A model generated the notes under the pieces. It was given only the letters and a program-made list of their open reading frames with translations, searched no databases and was not told the origin of the DNA. The position numbers and the translations under genes are program-made. From assembly GCF_004010195.1 (NCBI RefSeq), contig NC_057719.1, forward strand, positions 81,982,309 through 82,004,828: a stretch of DNA of 22,520 nucleotides, in the 5' to 3' direction. The stretch is from Chiloscyllium plagiosum. Lineage: Eukaryota. Position 1 is the stretch's first letter; each line of letters begins with the position of its first letter. This document shows, piece by piece, positions 1 to 10,679 of the stretch.

Positions 1-59
1 ATTTTTAAACTCTGTCCCCCAATTGTAGTTCCATAGCCTAGCTAATGTTGAAGTGTTGG

Positions 60-400
60 AAATGCAATAGCAATGTCCCAGAAACCAATGAGACAAGAAC
101 TATCTAATCTATTAGATTAGGTAATTGACCTAGCCACACTTTTCTTGACTGAGGGACAAATATTGGGCAGGATACTAGGGAGCACTCACCTGCTGTTCTT
201 TGAGTAGCTCCATTGTTTTGGTTTAGATGGAAAGGATTTTGGTTAAATATTACATCCAGAATGGTGGTACCCTCAGATGCTTCCCCAGTACCATATAGTC
301 AGCATTCGCACAGAATATGCATGGGAAGCTCGAGAGCAAGACTTGAACCCAAGAACTTTGTTTTGGTCTCAGAGGTGAAGTTGTTACTCACTAAATTACT
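60..400 (-). mobile_element. Old Deu-domain SINE (SacSINE1/AmnSINE1-like)
   Basis: tgagggacaaatattgggcaggatactagggagcactcacctgctgttctt and gacttgaaccca (B box on minus) resemble the recalled DeuSINE consensus. Confidence 0.6.
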
Positions 401-1109
401 GCTGAGTTAAGTGGAATTCTCTGTGGCTAAGAACCTGCAATGTTGTCGGAGCCAAATAGAGGGAGCTTCACTGTGCATTTAATCTGCAAGATATCTTGAT
501 GCTGACACAAGATGACTGTAAGGTAAGATGTACACTTTTTCAGTGGTAACATCCTCTCCAGCAACGTACATTATAAAAGACTAGTAAGGTTTAAAGATGC
601 ACATTTTAGTGATACAAGTACTATTCATACATTATTATGATTGCGTGATTCTTGATGGAGAAGTTGCTTCTACTCAGACAGCAGAGTTGCAGATCTGTGG
701 CACAGCAATATTATCCTAAACCCGTGGAGAACGTCTCTACAGTTAATGGCAGGGTGCCACCTCTGTATGGCTTTGAATCAATGCATGCCATCAGCACGGT
801 ATACTCCTATCTGGCATTGGCTTGGAACACTTAATACACTTTTCAATTATAAAAGTGGTTTTTGTGGTCCAGCTTTTCTTCCAAATTGGAACAATGTCTT
901 TGTCCCTGCAATTTTGAGGTCTGTGCTCAGTCCAACACATCACAACTGTTGTGTGAAGGTCAATGTTGGGATAAATGCAAGACATAGCAGCATGTTCCTG
1001 ACCCATCATGTTTTGTTCTCTCCATTAAACAGTTAGGCTAACCCAAAAAAACTACCTTTCACTCCAGTGGGTCGTGGAGCAATTTCAAGGCTATCAATCT
1101 ACCCCTGCT

Positions 1110-1790
1110 TTGCTGCAGGAGTTCCTCAGGGTAGTGTTTCAAGATCAACCATTTCCAGCTACTGCAACAATATCTTTCCCTCAATCAGTAAATGCAGATG
1201 TTTACTAATGACTGCATAGTTTTAATTTGCAACTCCTCAAACACTGAGGTCACCTATGTCCATATGAAGCAAGGCCCAGATAATACTCAGACATGGGCTA
1301 AGTGGCAAGTAACATTTGTGCCACAGAAAGTGCTTGGAAATGACCATTTCCACGAAAGGGAACCATCGTCTCCTTGACATTCGATGTGTTACTTGGAATT
1401 CTCCACTATCTACATTCTGGGGAGTCAATTATTACCAGAATTTTGCTAGACCAGCTATTAAAATATTTTGCAGCCTGGGAAATCTGTGATAAACAACTAA
1501 CCTCCTGAATTCCCAAACCCTGTGCACTGCCTATAAGGATTGGATGAAACATTCCCCACTTGCTTGAATGAGTGCAACTACAAGAACACTCAAGCACTTA
1601 ACGCCAACACAAAACTCCATTTATTGGCACCGCATCCAACATGTTAAACAATCATTCCTCTACTATTGACACACAGTAGTAGCAGTGTGCACCACTTTCA
1701 AGATGCACTCCAACACCTCACCAAGGCTCCATCCACACCCCAATATCTACAGCTTAGAAGAATGAAATCAGCAGTGCATGGTGGCTCAAC
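1110..1790 (+). mobile_element. Degraded LINE, same family as 2860-4560
   Basis: gcaggagttcctcagggtagtgt (GVPQGS motif), WAKWQVTFVPQK in ORF 1192..1377, and ccccacttgcttgaatgag shared with 2900-2920. Confidence 0.75.
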
Positions 1791-3210
1791 ATTACCTTCT
1801 TGGGCACAGGTGTATATCCGGAACAAATAAAAATAACCTGCCGTATTTGGTCTCCTGTTTAGCTAGCCTAATTTAGCAGTCATTTCTTACCCTGATGTCA
1901 TTAAGTTAAACTCAGGCTGGGTTGACTAGAATCTCATGAACCATTACATCATTGGTCTTAGTGTTAACTGATGTTTCAGTAACCCCAAAGACTGTAATTC
2001 TTTATATACAGTGCATCGTTCAATGGGCCTGAGAAGCTTAAATTATAAGATAAATATATTTAATTTGGTTCATATTCACTTTAGCATAAAAGATTGAGGG
2101 GTGATTTGATCAAGATGTTTAAATGGGTTTGAATCCAGCACAATCACAGCTACTAGCTTTTGGACAAACCCTTGGCACTCACTTGCAAAATACCGCAAGT
2201 TACTATTCGAAAACTGCTCCATAGTATCCTGGTCAACATTCATTCTTCAACAAATACAACAAAAAAGTAGACTAATTGGATGCTTACCTTACTTCTACTC
2301 ATGACAGTAAGTTGACAGAGTATAATGTGGGAAAATGTCAAGTTATTCATTTTGGAAGGGAAATCAAAACCCATTGAGAAAAACTGCAACTCATGGGGAA
2401 GGAGGTAGTTGTGCATAAAACATAGAAAGATAGCACACAGGTACAGCATGAAGGCTAATGGAAAGCTGGCCCTTATTTCAAGGGCGTTGGAGTATAAGAG
2501 TAGGGAAGTCTTAATGCAACTGTATAAGCTGCAGGTGAGACCACATCTGGAGTACGGAGAGTAGATTTGGTCCCATTATTGAAAGAAAGATATCATTTCA
2601 TTGGAGGCAGTTCAGAAATGGTTCATTAGGATGATCCGCGGTAGGCAGGGATTGTCCTGTGATCAAAGGTTAAACAGGGTGGGACCCTACTTGAAATTTA
2701 GAACAATGAGAGGTGAGCTCATTGAAACATACAGGATTCTTAAGGAGCTTGAGAGGGTAATACTAAGAGGATGTTTCCTCTCATGGGAGAGTCTAGGATG
2801 AGGGGGCATAGTCTCAGAATTAAGTGGTGCCAATTTAAGACTGAGATGAGGAGAAATTTACAAGGCTGTCTATAAGGCACAAGTCAGACGTGTGATAGAA
2901 TACTCCCCACTTGCCTGGATGAGTGCAGCCTCAACAATACTCAAGAAGCTTGACACCATCTAGGACAAAGCAGCATGCTTGATTAACACCACATCCACAA
3001 GCATTCACTCCCTCCTCTACCAATGTTCAGTAGCATTAGTATATACTTTTTACAAGATGAACTCAGAAATTCACCAAAGATCACGAGACAGTACCTTCCA
3101 AACCCACGGCCACTTCCACCTAGAAGGACAAGGGCAGCAGATACGTGGGAACACCATCACCTTCAAGTTCCCCTCCAAGCCACTCATCATCCTGACTTGG
3201 AAAGATATTG

Positions 3211-4033
3211 ATTTGGACTAGTGTGGACAAAGTTAAAAATCACACAACACAAGGTTATAGTCCAATAGGTTTATTTGGAAGCACTAACTTTCGAAGCACT
3301 GCTGCTTCATCAGGTGGGTGTGAAGCAAGACCACAAGACACAGAATATATTGCAAAAGATTACAGTGATACAATGATACATTGAACAGACCTAGATTGTT
3401 AAGTCTTCCTTCTTTTAGAATGGATTTGCTGGTTTCAGTTCTTTAATATGTAAAACCCAGTCACATTCAAGATAATTTAAGGTTTTATCACAAAAGGTGA
3501 CATCTCAGCTCAGACAATGTATTAAAGGTGTGAGGTTAGAGTCTGTCTGTATCTCAATCTTGAGTCAGACTGGTTCAATTTCAAAAGTGGAATTTACAAA
3601 TATTACATGGATTGACTGCCTGCTTACAGATTCTGCATTTTTTAAGCAAAATAGAATGTATCTGCATATACAAATTCACCCTATAAACTTATATGTGTGC
3701 ACATGTGCAGGGGAGAAAAACTGAGAGTGAGTGAGCGAGCGTGTGATGGGGCATAAGCCTGAGAGAGGGTGTGTGCGTGGGAGGTCTCTGTGTGTACATA
3801 TGAGAGAGGGTCTGTGTGAGTGAGACAGTATGTAAGAGAGTGTGTGTGTGCTTGTGTGTGAGAGAGAGTGTATACTGCAGTGGGGTCAATGTAGTGTGAT
3901 ATGATGCAAAGGTCCAGGTTGAGGCCATGCGCATGGGTACTGAACTTGACTATCGGCCTCTGCTCGGCCACTTTGCCTGTCCTGAAGTCCACCTTGGCGG
4001 ATGGTCACCCAAAGGTCCAAGGCCGAATGTCCC
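3211..4033 (-). mobile_element. Penelope-like element 3' fragment (GIY-YIG endonuclease C-terminus, microsatellite-like 3' region, terminal repeat with hammerhead motif)
   Basis: Frameshifted QGHSALDLWVTIRQGGLQD / VAEQRPIVKFSTHAHGLNLDL resembles a PLE ORF end. CTGATGA...GAAA at 3313-3289 on the minus strand. 13-bp TSD TGGAAA(G/T)ATATTG at 3198-3210 and 4034-4046. Confidence 0.82.
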
Positions 4034-4156
4034 TGGAAATATATTGCCATTCCTTCACTTCGCTGGGTCAAGATCCTGGAATTCCCTCCCTAATAGCATC
4101 ATAGGTCAACCCACAGCAGGTGGACTGCAGCGGCTCAAGAAGGCAGCTCACCAGCA

Positions 4157-4492
4157 GGGCAGCACGGTGGCTCAGTGGTTAGCACTGCTGCCTCAGTGCC
4201 AAGGACCTGGGTTCAATTCCAGCCTTGGGCGACTGTCTGTGTGGAGTTTGCACATTCTCCCCGTGTCTGCCTGGGTTTCTTCTGGGTGCTCCGGTTTCCT
4301 CCCACAGTCCAAAGATACGCAAATTAGGTGAATTGGTCACAGTTGCCCAATTGCCTAAATTGCCCATAGTTCAGGGATGTATAGGCTAGATGCATTAGTT
4401 AGGGGAAATGTAGAATAATAGGGCGGGGGAGTGGGTCTGGATGGGTTACTTTTCAGAGGATCAATTGTGGGCTTGTTTCCACTATGATAATT
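4157..4492 (+). mobile_element. tRNA-derived V-SINE (HE1-like)
   Basis: Pol III A box TGGCTCAGTGG (4168-4178), B box GGTTCAATTCC (4210-4220), V-domain tgtgtggagtttgcacattctccccgtgtctgc...ctccggtttcctcccacagtccaaag. Confidence 0.9.
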
Positions 4493-4774
4493 ACCACCTT
4501 CACAAGATCAATAAATGCGGGCCAGTGATGCCCAGATCCCACAAAATGAATAAATAAAAAATTTCTTCTCTCAGAGTCTTTGGCACTCCTTGCCACAGAG
4601 ACCTTGCATAAATTTAAGGTTGAGGTAGATAGATTCTTGATAAATGGGGGATCAAGGGTTATGGGAAAAAGGCAAGAAAGTGGATGTAAGGAGTGTTGGA
4701 TTAATTTGTTGCAGTTGTACATACTAACGAAGCAATCTTAAGGGGCCAAACAGCCTACTCCTGTTCCTGTTACT

Positions 4775-4910
4775 GATGGGAAGTTGCTATTTACAAATTG
4801 GCTGCTGCAATTCCTATATTACAACTGTAACTAGAATCCTTTAGGACTTAACTGGCTATAGTGTGCTTTAAGCCATCCAGAGATCTTGAAAGACACTACA
4901 TAAATGTAAA
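4775..4910 (+). mobile_element. Deu-domain SINE 3' remnant
   Basis: caaattggctgctgcaattcctatattacaac...gaaagacactacataaatg. Confidence 0.55.
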
Positions 4911-5009
4911 CATTTGCTTAGAACCTAATATACTTTAAAAAAAACCTCAGATTGAGAATTGATGGATTATTGCAGAATACAATTACTACAAATTTACAAA
5001 TTGACTGAA

Positions 5010-5620
5010 ACAGGCCATTTGAGCCTGCTCCACAATTATTGATCTGTTTGTTTCAATTCCACATGCCCATCTACTTCTTTGAATCCTTTGTCCAACTAAA
5101 AATCTATCTATCTCCATCTTAAAAATATTCAAAGAACCCACCTTCTGACATAGACCTCCAAAAATCATGTCTATTCTTAAGGGCAACCTCTTACTGTAAA
5201 ACAGTGTCCCTGGTTTTGGACACACCCATAAGAGGAAAGCTTCCATATCCATTTTGTCAAGACCATTTAGGATCTAATATGCTACAATCAAGTCACCCTC
5301 CCCCTTCTAAACTCCAGTGAAAGCAAGCCCAACCTGTCCAACCAATCCTCATTAAACAACTCCCTCATTCCAGATATTAATCTAGTAAGCCTCCCCTGAA
5401 CCACCTCTAATGCATTTATATCATTCCTTAAATAAGAAGGGCAAAACTGCACTCAAAAGGCAGTCTGGAAAACTGAAGCATAATTTTCTATTCAATTCTT
5501 CTCGTAATGGAGGATAACATTGGATTAGCCTTCTCAAATACTTGCTATATGTTCATACCACCATTTTGTGACTCATACAGTAGAGCACCTTGATCCCTCT
5601 GCTTCTTGGAAATCTGCAGT
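5010..5620 (-). mobile_element. Degraded CR1 LINE 3' fragment
   Basis: ORF 4986..5252 includes SLNIFKMEIDRFL, typical of the CR1 ORF2 C-terminus. Confidence 0.7.
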
Positions 5621-5659
5621 GAGTCTCAGTCTAGGCCAAGCAATGTGCTGAACCTGCAC

Positions 5660-5960
5660 GATATAAGAGCTGGTGGATCCCACTGTAGTTCACAGTGACC
5701 ACATCTGCTGCAAGAGTTGGTTGTTTGAGGAACTCCAGCTCAGATTTGATGAGCTGGAGTCTGAACTTCAAACATCACGGAGAGGGAGTTATCTGGACAC
5801 TGTGTTTCAAGCGGCAATCACAGCCTTAATTATCTCGAATTCGGTCAGTGGTCAGGTATAGGAGTGTGTGACTACCAATAAGGCAATAGAGAGATCCAGG
5901 AGGTAGTGCTGAAGGAGGTTGAGGTTGCAAAGCAGATTTGACATTCTTGTTTCCTGTGTG
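5660..5960 (+). mobile_element. CR1 ORF1 N-terminal remnant (zinc-finger/leucine-zipper region)
   Basis: ORF 5673..5861 DHICCKSWLFEELQLRFDELESELQT..SYLDTVFQAAIT resembles the Cys motif plus heptad-leucine segment of CR1 ORF1. Confidence 0.65.
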
Positions 5961-5993
5961 GACGAGTGTGGGGCTGTATGGAGATGTATTGAT

Positions 5994-6775
5994 GGGCAAA
6001 ATGTTAGCAAATTGAGTATAATGTGGGAAAATGCAAAGTTGTTCATTTTGGAAGGGAGAACAAAAGAACACTATTATTTAAACAAAGAAAAGCTGCAGTA
6101 AACTGCAACACAAAGGGACTTGGAGATACTTATGCACAAAACACAGAAAGCTAGCACACAGATACAGCAGGTAACCAGGAAGGCTAATGGAACGTTGGCC
6201 CTTACTTCAAGAGGACTGGAGTATTAGAGTAGGGAAGTCTTAATGCAACAGTGCAAGGTACTGGTGAGACCACATCTTCAGTACTGTGAGCAGTTTTGGA
6301 CCCCCTATTTAAAGAAAGATATCATTTCATTGGAGACAGTTCAGAGAAGATTCACTTAGACGATCCCCAGTATGGAGACATATGAGCAGAGATTAAACAG
6401 GTTGGGACCCTCCTCACTGGAGTTTAGAATGTGAGGTGATCTCACTGAAACATACAGAATTCTTATGGGACTTGAAGAGTAAATGCGGAGAGAATGTTTC
6501 CCTCCACCGGAGAATCTAGGACTAGAGAGCATAGTCTCAGAATATAGGGATGCTAGTTTCAGACCAAAATGAGAAGGAATTTCTTCTCTCAAGGGTTGAG
6601 TTTCTTTGGAACTCTTTGGCACAGAGCGCTATGCAGGCAGGGTCCTTATGTATATTTCAGGTTGAGATAGATTCTTGATCAGCAAAGGAATCGAGGGTTA
6701 TGGGAAAAGGTAGGTATGTGAGCATAAGGAGTGTCAGATCAGCCACGATCCTATTGAATGGCGGAGTTGGCCTCT
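5994..6775 (+). mobile_element. Older CR1 LINE 3' portion, same subfamily as 2318-4770
   Basis: Shares long motifs with the 2318 copy, e.g. gagtataatgtgggaaaatg, aggctaatggaa, gaaagatatcatttcattggag. Confidence 0.88.
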
Positions 6776-7329
6776 TATGGTTAAGTATTAATCTGTTTTT
6801 TGATCATTTGTACCAAAATGCAAAACTGAATAATATGACGTGTGTAATATACACAGTAAGTCTAACAAGTTGGGTAACAAATGTTTCAACGTGGTTATTT
6901 CAAACTGAGATAGCCACACAAAAAAAAAGAAAAACTTAATACTCCCAGCTGAACCAAAGATGACACCTGTTTTGGAACATTGAGGTTGACATAATCTCAC
7001 AATTACATATTCTACCCAAAACAGGCCAATTGCACCCCCAATAGATCATGGACATCAATGGCTGTGGTGCTGCATATTAATCTCGCACCCTCAAGAATGG
7101 AAACATTTACTGCATTTGTAGTCCTAGTTGATATCCAAGGTCCCAAGGAAAGGATTGCAATGAACTCTGATGTTCTGCACTATCAAATGGGCTGCTTGCA
7201 CTGACTAAACTCTCATCAGATTAACTATCAGTTGGGTATGGTGCAGAAGGAGAGGGTGAAGGGTAACTGCAGGGAGACCAATTAAAGATTAACATCTGGA
7301 CATGAACTGCCCCTATGCAGAGGACCAAG

Positions 7330-8830
7330 AAAAAGACTAACTGGGATGCTGGAAACCTAAAACAAAATGAGAAATCCTGCAGAAGCTCAGCAGTCTGGCA
7401 GCATCTCACAAACAGAGTCAGAGATGTACAACATGGAAACAGACCCTTCAGTCTAACCCGTCCATGCCGACCAGATATCCCAATCCAATCTCGTCCCACC
7501 TGCCAGCACCCTGCCCATATCCCTCCAAATCCTTCCTATTCATATTCCCATCCAAATGCCTCTTAAATGTTGCAATTGTACCAGCCTCCACCACATCCTC
7601 TGGCAGCTCATTCCATACACGTACCATCCTCTGCATGAAACAATTGCCCCTTAGGTCTCTTTTATATCTTTCCCCTCTCACCCTAAACCTATGCCCTCTC
7701 GTTCTGAACTCCCCGACTCCAGGGAAAAGACTTTGTCTATTTATCCTATCCATGCCCCTCATCATTTTATAAACCTCTATAAGGTCACCCCTCAACCTCC
7801 GAATCTCCAGGGAAAACTGCCCCAGCCTGTTTAGCCTCTCCCTGTAGCACAAATCCTCCAACCTTGGCAACATTCTTGTAAATATTTTCTGAACCCTTTT
7901 CAGGTTTCACAACATCTTTCCGATAGGAAGGAGACTAGAATTGGACGTAATTGGCCGAACCAATGTCCTGTACAGCCGCAACATGACCTCCCAACTCCTG
8001 TACTCAATGCTCTCACCAATAAAGGAAAGCATACCAAAAGCCTTCCTCACTATCCTATCTACCTGCGACTCCACTTTCAGGGAGATATGAACCTGTACTC
8101 CAAGGTCTCTTTGTTCAACAACACTCCCTAAGACCTTACCATTAAGTGTATAAGTCCTGCTAAGATTTGCTTTCCCAAAATGCAACACCTCGCATTTATC
8201 CAAATTAAACTCCATCTGCCACTTCTCAGCCCATTGGCCCATCTGATCAAGATCCCGTTGTAATGTGAGGTAACCTTCTTCGTTGTTCACTACACCTCCA
8301 ATTTTGGTCTCATCTGCAAACTTACTAACTATACCTCTTATGCTCACATCCAAGTCATTTATATAAACGATGAAAAGCAGAGGACCCAGCACTGATCCTT
8401 GTGGCACTCCCCTGGTCACAGGCCTCCAGACTGAAAAACAACCCTCCACCACCACCCTCTGTCTTCCACCTTTGAGCCAGTTCTGTATCCAAATGGCTAG
8501 TTCTCCCTGTATTCCATGAGGTATAACCTTGCTAATCAGTCTCCCATGGGAAACCTTGTCGAAAGCCTTACTGAAGTCCATATAGATCACATCTGCCGCT
8601 TTGCCCTCATCATTCCTCTTTGTTACTACTCCAAAAGCCTCAATCAAGTTTGTGAGACATGATTTCCCTCGCTCAAAACCATGTTGACTATCATCTGTGG
8701 AAAGAAAGCAGAGTTAACGTTTCAGGTCCAGAACTGAAAGAGGGTTACTGGACTCAAAGCATTAACCCTGCTTTCTCTTCACAGATTCTGCCAGACCTGA
8801 GCTTCTCCCCAGTAATTTCTGCTTTTCTGT
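7330..8830. mobile_element. Short inverted-repeat element built from Penelope-type termini (7330-7406 plus 8692-8830), split by CR1
   Basis: The rejoined left arm ctcagcagtctggcagcatctgtggaaagaaagcagagttaa is approximately the reverse complement of the right arm ttaaccctgctttctcttcacagattctgccagacctgag. Confidence 0.65.
7407..8691 (-). mobile_element. 5'-truncated CR1 LINE (HER1-like), RT domain to 3' tail
   Basis: ORFs 7907..8647 (YMDFSKAFDKV, GVPQGSVLGPLLF, FADETK) and 7448..7873 ([22 protein letters not shown]) are CR1 ORF2. Possible TSD CATCT at 7402-7406 and 8692-8696. Confidence 0.95.
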
Positions 8831-9196
8831 CTGAGAATTTACTGCACATGTCAATATTAGCCTTCTGCCTGTGTTAGTTTTTATTCATTGTAGATCAGGG
8901 AAAGCCCTGGTTCCTGTTTAGCATGGTTTCTACGTGAGGTCATTTTTTTGTAAACCCGAGACTAATAGCTTGCAGCTTTGTTCTTCAAGATTTCAGCAAT
9001 GCATTCATGCCGTAGGTTGGCAGTTCTTTATTACCTGGTAATATGGATTGGAATCTTTCCAATCTTTTTTTTCATTCCGGAGAAGATTCTCTCTAAATAA
9101 TTACTGACCATGCTTAATGCTTTAAATGAGCTGTAATGATCTCAGCACAGCAATGAATGCAGATGAGGCAGCCAGAATTTTAAGAACAAGGCATGA

Positions 9197-9325
9197 ATTA
9201 GTGAGGACTGCAGATACTAGAAGCCAGTGTCAATAGATGTCAAGCTGGTAAAGCATAGCAGGTCAGACAGCATCTGAGGACCAGGAAAGTCAACATTTCA
9301 GGCCAAACCCTTTGTCAGGACTGAA
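9197..9325 (-). mobile_element. Penelope-like terminal repeat remnant
   Basis: The minus strand reads cctgacaaagggtttggcctgaaatgttgac, a degenerate CTGATGA..GAAAC hammerhead-type terminus, followed by cctcagatgctgtctgacctgctatgc. Confidence 0.6.
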
Positions 9326-9377
9326 ATGTCTGCTCTTTAGCCCTCATGTAACACTTGAGGTCCAATTGAAATGGAAC

Positions 9378-9414
9378 GGGGATGGGGTCGGGGGGGGGGG
9401 GGGGGGGGGAGGGG
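9378..9414 (+). repeat. Poly-G tract (G20 at 9390-9409) with flanking G4 runs
   Basis: ggggatggggtc(g)20agggg read directly from the sequence. Confidence 0.9.
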
Positions 9415-9504
9415 TAAATGTTTTCTGTAAAATTTTAGTTACGACGTGCAACTCACCTTTTCAATATGCAGCACCTTTACATTATTTATACAGCAATGCA
9501 AGGT

Positions 9505-9678
9505 AAAGTCACCATAGTCTAGAAGACCACAGGACTGGTCTCTCTCATCTAATGATGAGTTTTAACCTGAGGATCACCACGTCTTGGGCGAGGGACAGCC
9601 ATCTTGGTAACCTCAGCTGATGTGGAATCAAACCCACTCTGTTGGTGACACTCTGCATCACTATGAAGCCAACTGAAT
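9505..9678 (-). mobile_element. tRNA-derived SINE remnant (second family)
   Basis: ggaatcaaaccc (B-box-like on minus), gccaactga (A-box-like), body aaagtcaccatagt...tttaacctgaggatcaccac. Confidence 0.55.
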
Positions 9679-9689
9679 CCAGGCTTATA

Positions 9690-10030
9690 TGACAGTGCAA
9701 TAATGAGGGAAAGCTGAACATTTAAAGGTACCAGTCTCCACTTGAAACCTTACACTCTGCCAGTCTGCCCAGGTGAACATAAATTACTTTGTGGCATTAT
9801 TCCTTCCTAATATTTTGGACAATGTTTATACACCAATCATGATCACTGAATCAGATTATCAGGTCATTACCACTGTCTGTGGAAGCTTGCTATACCAGAA
9901 TTGGCTGTCAGGTTTATCATATTACATCAGTAACTGACTAGAAGAAATCACATCAAAATCAAAGCTTCAAATGATTTTCATCAGCTGTTGAAATGATCTG
10001 AAGTTGTAAATGTGCTGCATAAATGAAAGG
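9690..10030 (+). mobile_element. Deu-domain SINE remnant
   Basis: cagattatcaggtcattac...tgtggaagcttgct...aattggctg...tattacatcagtaact. Confidence 0.55.
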
Positions 10031-10679
10031 TTTGTTTTGGTTTTTCCTTTGTATAAACACACTATGTGACTGAACACATTGAGTCATACATTCTAGTTAG
10101 GATGGAATGTTCAACAAATCTCCTGTAACTTTGAGAAAGAGGAACAACCTGCAATCCAAGTAGCCTCATCTCAACAACACTTGGCCATCATCACATTTCA
10201 ACTTCCATCACACCTTACAGCAGCGTGCATCAGTCAAAAGTACTGCAATTCAGTGCAGACCACAGCTATTTCCACACTGTTCGTTACTGACATCTCATCA
10301 TCAGCAATAAATAGGAAATGTTCCATTTACAGAACTTCAGGAGGTTCAAAGATTCAATGCCTTGACTACATTCTAATGCAGCAAGGGATTTATCCATGGA
10401 ATCAATTCCTGCACTGATTGCTAGCAGAAAAATGGTGACTATTGTGGTTTTCACCAAATCCAGTGCTTAAATTTTGAAAAGAGCACATAATGAGTGGTCA
10501 TATGCAGGAGGGAACCAAAGTCAATGAAAGGAGTTGGTGCTTTATACGCTCAAAATATAAAAAGATGGAACTGCCTAACAGGACAATAAGCCAGGCAATT
10601 TCTCATATTATGGTCAAGGAGCTAAGGTGCTGACAAAAAGTTTGACAGGATTTCAATTGGGAACTATTCACTTAGTGAT

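Larger units (their letters stand above)
2860..4560 (+). mobile_element. Second CR1-superfamily LINE family, 3' end (pieces 2860-3210, 4034-4156, 4494-4560)
   Basis: Translates YKAQVRRVIEYSPLAWMSAASTILKKLDTI*DKAACLI, an RT C-terminal region. Ends in aatgaataaataaaaa. Related copies lie at 1110-1790, 15975-16480 and 19551-20095. Confidence 0.8.
2318..4770 (+). mobile_element. Older CR1 LINE 3' portion (2318-2859 plus 4561-4770), interrupted by a nested insertion cluster
   Basis: ORF 2601..2801 (EAVQKWFIRMI, RGELIETYRILK). The sequence gagatgaggagaaattt resumes as atttcttctctcagag at 4561, collinear with the uninterrupted copy at 5994-6775. Confidence 0.85.

Noticed and set aside
1237..1428. 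ORF containing WALLHMD, reminiscent of RPAP1 WLHMD
   Set aside because: It lies antisense within a LINE remnant and the flanking residues do not match; a chance similarity.
1891..2028. Candidate minus-strand exon with a strong gtaaga donor
   Set aside because: Stops in all frames tested and no RPAP1 similarity.
3681..3934. His/Thr-rich ORFs
   Set aside because: Mostly translations of CA/CT low-complexity sequence in the Penelope 3' region; only the first ~35 aa of 3681..3992 derive from the PLE ORF.
7907..8647. 246-aa RT ORF as an active or domesticated gene
   Set aside because: 5'-truncated, catalytic motif altered to FADE, frameshifted downstream; an ordinary dead CR1 copy.
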